A DNA stretch of 6,051 nucleotides from Histomonas meleagridis 2922-C6/04-290x (lineage: Eukaryota > Protista > Parabasalia): the NCBI GenBank assembly GCA_020184695.1, contig JAANOX010000226.1, positions 1 to 6,051 of the forward strand, given 5' to 3'. The position numbers and the translations under genes are program-made. Of this stretch, positions 1 to 6,051 are shown piece after piece. How positions within the stretch are numbered: the first letter of the stretch is position 1; every line of letters begins with the position of its first letter. The notes under the pieces were generated by a model. The model worked only from the letters and a program-made list of their open reading frames with translations, did no database searches and was not told the DNA's origin.

Positions 1-729
1 GTTTATGTTTAAAAATTGTTGAATCGAAATTAGTTTTGATGAAATTGTAATCATAAAAAGAGTTCCTAAAACTTCAAATCCTGTAATATTTTTTCAATGA
101 TAATCCATTTTTAACCATATAATGCTATATTTTGCAATCTTTTCGTATAAAAATATTTACCATCGAGATTTATTTGATAAATTAATATTTTTTCCTTTTC
201 AAATTAAAAATTTATTATAACAAACATCAAAGAGCTGTTCTTCAGTAACAGTTTGTGATATTTTGTTAGCTTTCTGGAAAACACTATATTTCTAATAATG
301 GAGTAAAAGAGATTTAATTCATGAAATCTTGTAAAAACTTAAATATAATCTTACCAAAATATCATTAAAGAAAAAAATTTATTTGAATTTATAAATGGTC
401 TAATCATTTGAAAAATTGAATTCAAAACGATCAAAAAGCTTAAACACCAAAAAAAATCTTTTTTCTCTTGATTTTATATTAGGTTGTATATATTTTGATT
501 TAAAAATAAAATATAACTCTTTTTAAAATTTTTATAATATGTAATTATTTTTTATATCATCAGTTTAATTCATTAATAAAAAGTTATATTTTGTTATTGA
601 AAATTATTCAAACATGATTTTTTCCAAATTAAACACAATTTTATAAACTTATATTTATTATATATATTTCATTTATTAATAACTATAATTCATCCAAATA
701 AAAATTGAAAATTTGAAAATCAACTTGCG

Positions 730-741
730 AATCAGCTGATT
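730..741. other. Perfect 12-bp palindrome AATCAGCTGATT (copy 2: 3757..3768)
   Basis: Self-reverse-complementary and contains 4 G/C in an otherwise AT-rich spacer. Function unknown. Confidence 0.6.
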
Positions 742-942
742 TACTGAAAAATTGCTTTCCAGAAAATTGGTAAGAACAATTTTAACAAAACCTTGATATG
801 ACATTTATATCAATATAGAATGCTTATATTTTTGGATAAATTTTGGTGTTTGTATATAATACTTAGTTTTTTTACATTATTTTGATTAATAAATTCTTTA
901 ATTACTAAAATTTATCCACTTTAAAAAAAAAAGTTAAGGAAA

Positions 943-1012
943 TGTTAACTAGTTTCAGCTTTTTGCCATGAAATTCACTTATGGCAAATTTTAAATTAAA
1001 AAATTGTTAACT
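943..1012. repeat. TGTTAACT direct repeats (943-950, 1005-1012) flanking an 8-bp inverted repeat TTTGCCAT-N11-ATGGCAAA (962-988)
   Basis: Read directly. The same arrangement is present in copy 2 (inverted repeat at 3987-4013). Function unknown. Confidence 0.6.
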
Positions 1013-1102
1013 CTATACGGTTTATTTTTGTTGGAAAATTTTTGAAATTTGAAAGGGTATTTAATTGAGATTGAATAAAAATTTTGATCTAAATATATTA
1101 CT

Positions 1103-1108
1103 TCATTT
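1103..1108 (+). promoter_or_regulatory. Candidate initiator (Inr)-like element TCATTT, 9 nt from the putative +1 A to the ATG
   Basis: TTACT-TCATTT-TATTA-ATG. Matches the TCA(+1)Py(T/A) initiator that sits a few to ~20 nt before the ATG in Trichomonas genes. Low-information motif in AT-rich DNA, supported mainly by position. Confidence 0.45.
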
Positions 1109-1113
1109 TATTA

Positions 1114-2208
1114 ATGTCTGAAGAAATTTTATCAGTTGTTATTGATAATGGTACTTTCTCCTGCAAATCAGGTTATGCTGGGTCTACAATACCAGCATCA
1201 ATTATTAGAACAATTATCGGCAGATCATATTCAAATATCAATGAAATTTATATCGGAAACAATCTATTCAATGAAGATTTAAATTCTTTAAATTTATCAT
1301 ATCCAATTGAAAGAGGCACAATAATCAATTGGGATGATATGGAAAAAATTTGGACAGAAATTTATAATAATTTAAATATTCCATCAAATCAATATTCAGT
1401 TATTCTCACAAATTCAATATCAAATGAAGAAGAAGATGAAGAAAAAATTCTAGAAATTTTTTTTGAAAAATATAATGCTTCTAAAATTTGTGTTGCATAT
1501 CAACCGTTATTATCACTTTATGCAAACGGTGTTACAACAGGAACAAGCATTGAATTTGGTGATGGTATTATACAAATAATACCAATCATTAATAATAATA
1601 TTATTCAAATAGGTAAAAAATTTATTAATTTTGGTGGTCATGATATTACTACTTATCTTTATAATTTAATTGGTTTAAATTCATTAATTGAAGAAGGAAG
1701 TTTCAAAAAAGAAGAAATTGTTCGTAACATTAAAGAAAATTATTGTTACGTAACAATAAATTATACACAGGAATTAATTAAATCATTAACGACAAATGAT
1801 TGTAAAATAAATTATATTTTACCAAATAATCAAACAATCACATTAAATTCTGAAAGATTTCAATCAACTGAATGTTTATTTAATCCACTAATTAATGGTT
1901 CTACTCATCAAAGCTTACAACAAGTCGTTTATGATTCAATTACAAGTTGTGATTCTAATGTTCAAAATATATTATTTAATAATATATTTTTATCTGGTTC
2001 ATCTACAAAATTACCTGGTTTAAGTGATCGATTAAAAAATGAAATTATAAATCTTGCTCCTGAAGGTACAAATGTAAATATTTATTCTGTTTCTAATAGT
2101 TTACGTGGTTATGAAGCTTGGTTAGGAGGTGCACAAATAGCTGCAAATGAAGAAAATTTCATCACACGTAATGAATATGAAGAAAATGGTGCTGAAGTAA
2201 TTCATTAA
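1114..2208 (+). CDS. Divergent actin / actin-related protein, 364 aa, intronless (copy 1)
   Basis: Colinear with eukaryotic actin end to end: VIDNGT..CKSG (P1 loop), YPIERG..NWDDMEKIW, YQPLLSLYANGVTTG (Q137 region), GDG (P2 loop), EIVRNIKE, ERFQSTECLF, LSGSST.LPGLSDRL, WLGG, EYEENG. Family assignment is secure; subfamily (conventional actin vs a specific Arp) is not, so no symbol is given. Confidence 0.96.
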   Translation: MSEEILSVVIDNGTFSCKSGYAGSTIPASIIRTIIGRSYSNINEIYIGNNLFNEDLNSLNLSYPIERGTIINWDDMEKIWTEIYNNLNIPSNQYSVILTNSISNEEEDEEKILEIFFEKYNASKICVAYQPLLSLYANGVTTGTSIEFGDGIIQIIPIINNNIIQIGKKFINFGGHDITTYLYNLIGLNSLIEEGSFKKEEIVRNIKENYCYVTINYTQELIKSLTTNDCKINYILPNNQTITLNSERFQSTECLFNPLINGSTHQSLQQVVYDSITSCDSNVQNILFNNIFLSGSSTKLPGLSDRLKNEIINLAPEGTNVNIYSVSNSLRGYEAWLGGAQIAANEENFITRNEYEENGAEVIH

Positions 2209-2244
2209 ATCAATAAACAATTGATTTAACTAATTTTTTTTTTT
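2205..2244 (+). terminator. Candidate 3'-end processing signal: 10-bp hairpin over the stop codon, TAAA/AATAAA, then T11 tract
   Basis: TTAAATCAAT (2205-2214) + AAACA loop + ATTGATTTAA (2220-2229) is a perfect inverted repeat. The TAA stop is part of TAAA (2206-2209), AATAAA lies at 2212-2217, and TAATT at 2231-2235 runs into T11 (2234-2244). Function is inferred. Confidence 0.5.
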
Positions 2245-2646
2245 CTTTTTATATTTGTTTTTGTTATGAAAAATAATTATATATGAGATGTTATTAATAT
2301 TTAATTACAAAGAATAAATTTAATTATAATTTAATTTCTTAGAAATTCACATAATAATTGATTTAAATAGGAAAAAAATATAATAACAATAAAAGGAAAT
2401 CATGTATTGATTCATTTTCTAGAATATATGTAAAATATGAAAAATTAAAAATTAAAAATTTCAAATAATAGAGTATAAAAACTTAAATTATGTCCTTTGT
2501 TATCACTTATTTCCTTGTAAATAAGATAATTGGACTGTTTTTGATTATCATTAGTTATTTCAGAAAAAAAAATGTTGTAACAATAACTGAAATAGCCATT
2601 AAATAAAAAAATTGGCTAATCAAATACTTTCTGGTGTTTTTAAATC

Positions 2647-2658
2647 AGAATTAATTCT
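2647..2658. other. Perfect 12-bp palindrome AGAATTAATTCT (copy 2: 5672..5683)
   Basis: Self-reverse-complementary but AT-rich, so it may be chance. Confidence 0.4.
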
Positions 2659-4125
2659 CTTGAATTTGTAGGATTATCTTGTAATTATAGTTGACATCTA
2701 TGGAAACATTTTTTTGTAAAGCATATAAACCTATTTATAAAATTCAAAATTTTTGTATGGTTTATCAAAAAAGTGGCAGCAAATTTCAAAAATTTAAATT
2801 TTGATTCTTCTATTTATTTAATTCATTTGTTTTATTTATTATTGATTACTCAAAAATTTATTATTTATTATTTTAACGTTTAGTGAGAAAAATTGCATTT
2901 TTTGTAATAAAAAAGCATAAAATTTTATATATTTGTAACAAATATGAATTATAATTTAAAAATATAATCTTTGTTTCTTTGTGTTCTAATACAGTCAATA
3001 AAATGTATAATAATACTTTTAAATTTGTTTATGTTTAAAAAATTGTTAAATCAAAATTAATTTTGATGAAATTGTAATCATAAAAAGAGTTCCTAAAACT
3101 TCAAATCCTGTAATATTTTTTCAATGATAATCCATTTTTAACCATATAATGCTATATTTTGCAATCTTTTCGTATAAAAATATTTACCATCGAGATTTAT
3201 TTGATAAATTAATATTTTTTTTTTTTCAAATTAAAAATTTATTATAACAAACATCAAAGAGCTGTTCTTCAGTAACAGTTTGTGATATTTTGTTAGCTTT
3301 CTGGAAAACACTATATTTCTAATAATGGAGTAAAAGAGATTTAATTCATGAAATCTTGTAAAAACTTAAATATAATCTTACCAAAATATCATTAAAGAAA
3401 AAAATTTATTTGAATTTATAAATGGTCTAATCATTTGAAAAATTGAATTCAAAACGATCAAAAAGCTTAAACACCAAAAAAAATCTTTTTTCTCTTGATT
3501 TTATATTAGGTTGTATATATTTTGATTTAAAAATAAAATATAACTCTTTTAAAATTTTTATAATATGTAATTATTTTTTATATCATCAGTTTAATTCATT
3601 AATAAAAAGTTATATTTTGTTATTGAAAATTATTCAAACATGATTTTTTCCAAATTAAACACAATTTTATAAACTTATATTTATTATATATATTTCATTT
3701 ATTAATAACTATAATTCATCCAAATAAAAATTGAAAATTTGAAAATCAACTTGCAGAATCAGCTGATTTACTGAAAAATTGCTTTCCAGAAAATTGGTAA
3801 GAACAATTTTAACAAAACCTTGATATGACATTTATATCAATATAGAATGCTTATATTTTGGATAAATTTTGGTGTTTGTATATAATACTTAGTTTTTTTA
3901 CATTATTTTGATTAATAAATTCTTTAATTACTAAAATTTATCCACTTTAAAAAAAAAAGTTAAGGAAATGTTAACTAGTTTCAGCTTTTGCCATGAAATT
4001 CACTTATGGCAAATTTTAAATTAAAAAATTGTTAACTCTATACGGTTTATTTTGTTGGAAAATTTTGAAATTTGAAAGGGTATTTAATTGAGATTGAATA
4101 AAAATTTTGATCTAAATATATTACT

Positions 4126-4131
4126 TCATTT
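4126..4131 (+). promoter_or_regulatory. Candidate Inr-like element TCATTT (copy 2)
   Basis: Identical context to 1103..1108. Confidence 0.45.
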
Positions 4132-4136
4132 TATTA

Positions 4137-5231
4137 ATGTCTGAAGAAATTTTATCAGTTGTTATTGATAATGGTACTTTCTCCTGCAAATCAGGTTATG
4201 CTGGGTCTACAATACCAGCATCAATTATTAGAACAATTATCGGCAGATCATATTCAAATATCAATGAAATTTATATCGGAAACAATCTATTCAATGAAGA
4301 TTTAAATTCTTTAAATTTATCATATCCAATTGAAAGAGGCACAATAATCAATTGGGATGATATGGAAAAAATTTGGACAGAAATTTATAATAATTTAAAT
4401 ATTCCATCAAATCAATATTCAGTTATTCTCACAAATTCAATATCAAATGAAGAAGAAGATGAAGAAAAAATTCTAGAAATTTTTTTTGAAAAATATAATG
4501 CTTCTAAAATTTGTGTTGCATATCAACCGTTATTATCACTTTATGCAAACGGTGTTACAACAGGAACAAGCATTGAATTTGGTGATGGTATTATACAAAT
4601 AATACCAATCATTAATAATAATATTATTCAAATAGGTAAAAAATTTATTAATTTTGGTGGTCATGATATTACTACTTATCTTTATAATTTAATTGGTTTA
4701 AATTCATTAATTGAAGAAGGAAGTTTCAAAAAAGAAGAAATTGTTCGTAACATTAAAGAAAATTATTGTTACGTAACAATAAATTATACACAGGAATTAA
4801 TTAAATCATTAACGACAAATGATTGTAAAATAAATTATATTTTACCAAATAATCAAACAATCACATTAAATTCTGAAAGATTTCAATCAACTGAATGTTT
4901 ATTTAATCCACTAATTAATGGTTCTACTCATCAAAGCTTACAACAAGTCGTTTATGATTCAATTACAAGTTGTGATTCTAATGTTCAAAATATATTATTT
5001 AATAATATATTTTTATCTGGTTCATCTACAAAATTACCTGGTTTAAGTGATCGATTAAAAAATGAAATTATAAATCTTGCTCCTGAAGGTACAAATGTAA
5101 ATATTTATTCTGTTTCTAATAGTTTACGTGGTTATGAAGCTTGGTTAGGAGGTGCACAAATAGCTGCAAATGAAGAAAATTTCATCACACGTAATGAATA
5201 TGAAGAAAATGGTGCTGAAGTAATTCATTAA
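4137..5231 (+). CDS. Divergent actin / actin-related protein, 364 aa, intronless (copy 2)
   Basis: Same protein as 1114..2208. I found no nucleotide difference between the two CDSs. Confidence 0.96.
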   Translation: MSEEILSVVIDNGTFSCKSGYAGSTIPASIIRTIIGRSYSNINEIYIGNNLFNEDLNSLNLSYPIERGTIINWDDMEKIWTEIYNNLNIPSNQYSVILTNSISNEEEDEEKILEIFFEKYNASKICVAYQPLLSLYANGVTTGTSIEFGDGIIQIIPIINNNIIQIGKKFINFGGHDITTYLYNLIGLNSLIEEGSFKKEEIVRNIKENYCYVTINYTQELIKSLTTNDCKINYILPNNQTITLNSERFQSTECLFNPLINGSTHQSLQQVVYDSITSCDSNVQNILFNNIFLSGSSTKLPGLSDRLKNEIINLAPEGTNVNIYSVSNSLRGYEAWLGGAQIAANEENFITRNEYEENGAEVIH

Positions 5232-5268
5232 ATCAATAAACAATTGATTTAACTAATTTTTTTTTTTT
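5228..5268 (+). terminator. Candidate 3'-end processing signal (copy 2; hairpin 5228-5252, T12 tract)
   Basis: Same as copy 1 except the T-run is one base longer. Confidence 0.5.
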
Positions 5269-6051
5269 CTTTTTATATTTGTTTTTGTTATGAAAAATAA
5301 TTATATATGAGATGTTATTAATATTTAATTACAAAGAATAAATTTAATTATAATTTAATTTCTTAGAAATTCACATAATAATTGATTTAAATAGGAAAAA
5401 ATATAATAACAATAAAAGGAAATCATGTATTGATTCATTTTCTAGAATATATGTAAAATATGAAAAATTAAAAATTAAAAATTTCAAATAATAGAGTATA
5501 TAAAAACTTAAATTATGTCCTTTGTTATCACTTATTTCCTTGTAAATAAGATAATTGGACTGTTTTTGATTATCATTAGTTATTTCAGAAAAAAAAATGT
5601 TGTAACAATAACTGAAATAGCCATTAAATAAAAAAATTGGCTAATCAAATACTTTCTGGTGTTTTTAAATCAGAATTAATTCTCTTGAATTTGTAGGATT
5701 ATCTTGTAATTATAGTTGACATCTATGGAAACATTTTTTTGTAAAGCATATAAACCTATTTATAAAATTCAAAATTTTTGTATGGTTTATCAAAAAAGTG
5801 GCAGCAAATTTCAAAAATTTAAATTTTGATTCTTCTATTTATTTAATTCATTTGTTTTATTTATTATTGATTACTCAAAAATTTATTATTTATTATTTTA
5901 ACGTTTAGTGAGAAAAATTGCATTTTTTGTAATAAAAAAGCATAAAATTTTATATATTTGTAACAAATATGAATTATAATTTAAAAATATAATCTTTGTT
6001 TCTTTGTGTTCTAATACAGTCAATAAAATGTATAATAATACTTTTAAATTT

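Larger units (their letters stand above)
1..3026. repeat. Tandem repeat unit, copy 1 (3026 bp): spacer + divergent actin gene + spacer
   Basis: Base-by-base comparison shows 1..3026 recurs at 3027..6051. The offset drifts between 3023 and 3027 because of small indels. Confidence 0.98.
3027..6051. repeat. Tandem repeat unit, copy 2 (3025 bp)
   Basis: Starts GTTTATGTTT at 3027 as at position 1 and ends CTTTTAAATTT at 6051 as at 3026. Differs from copy 1 by 5 substitutions and 10 indel events. Confidence 0.98.

Noticed and set aside
412-708. AAAATTGA (Mimivirus early-promoter octamer) at 412-419 and 701-708
   Set aside because: These lie 400-700 bp from the ATG, too far for that promoter, and are expected by chance at this A+T content.
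408-1054. Recurring TTGAAA(A)(T)TTGAA motif at ~408-420, 706-719 and 1042-1054
   Set aside because: Variable spacing and low complexity. It cannot be separated from background without a statistical test.
1114-2208. Alternative genetic code (TAA/TAG = Gln) extending the actin C-terminus or opening spacer ORFs
   Set aside because: All 12 Gln codons in the ORF are CAA/CAG with no internal TAR, which is unlikely for a TAR=Gln code in such AT-rich DNA. Reading through the TAA gives INKQLI..., not RKCF.
1114-2208. Bacterial actin homologue (MreB/ParM/FtsA) on a plasmid, i.e. a partition system
   Set aside because: Motifs such as NWDDMEKIW, LSLYANG.TTG and EIVRNIKE are eukaryote-type actin. There is no Shine-Dalgarno sequence, adaptor gene or iterated centromere-like repeats.
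2490-2606. 38-aa ATG ORF (MSFVITYFLVNKIIGLFLIIISYFRKK...) resembling a signal-anchor peptide
   Set aside because: Hydrophobic-then-Lys peptides are expected from T-rich then A-rich DNA. It is too short and has no independent support.
3035-3049. 15-bp TTAAAAAATTGTTAA shared between the unit start and 4021-4035, as a possible recombination or target-site repeat
   Set aside because: Nearly all A/T, and disrupted at the start of copy 1. The true unit boundary is also undefined in a circularly permuted repeat.
3443-3643. 66-aa ORF from the supplied track
   Set aside because: TTG start, low-complexity I/F/K/L/Y composition and no recognisable motif. The equivalent frame in copy 1 is broken by the T5/T4 difference at 520-524. 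Most likely a chance ORF.
1-6051. CRISPR array, tRNA/rRNA genes, introns, TIR/LTR transposon ends
   Set aside because: No short regularly spaced repeats, no cloverleaf or rRNA-like GC-rich segment, the CDS aligns to actin without an intron-sized gap, and no terminal repeats were found.

Overview
The 6051-bp window is exactly two head-to-tail copies of one ~3.03-kb unit (1..3026 and 3027..6051, ~99.5% identical by manual alignment) in very AT-rich DNA (roughly 80% A+T). The last base of the window joins the first with the same junction (AAATTT|GTTTATG) seen internally. Each unit carries one intronless, standard-code gene for a 364-aa, highly divergent actin/actin-related protein. The actin fold motifs are clear, but the D-loop is shortened by ~7 aa, the barbed-end hydrophobic cleft is eroded, the C-terminal RKCF is missing and several nucleotide-site residues are replaced. 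The two CDSs are nucleotide-identical on my reading. All 15 differences between copies (5 transitions, 10 small indels, mostly homopolymer length) lie in the spacer. The gene has a trichomonad-style initiator 9 nt before the ATG and a perfect 10-bp hairpin over the stop codon followed by a U-tract. The ~1.9-kb spacer has no credible intact gene, but contains CDS-like GC islands that may be decayed genes and some dyad elements. Best reading: a single-gene amplicon of an unconventional actin from an AT-rich microbial eukaryote (parabasalid-like signals). The sequence alone cannot distinguish a chromosomal tandem array, a small circle assembled as a dimer, or an assembly artefact. No CRISPR, RNA gene, transposase or replication gene is evident.
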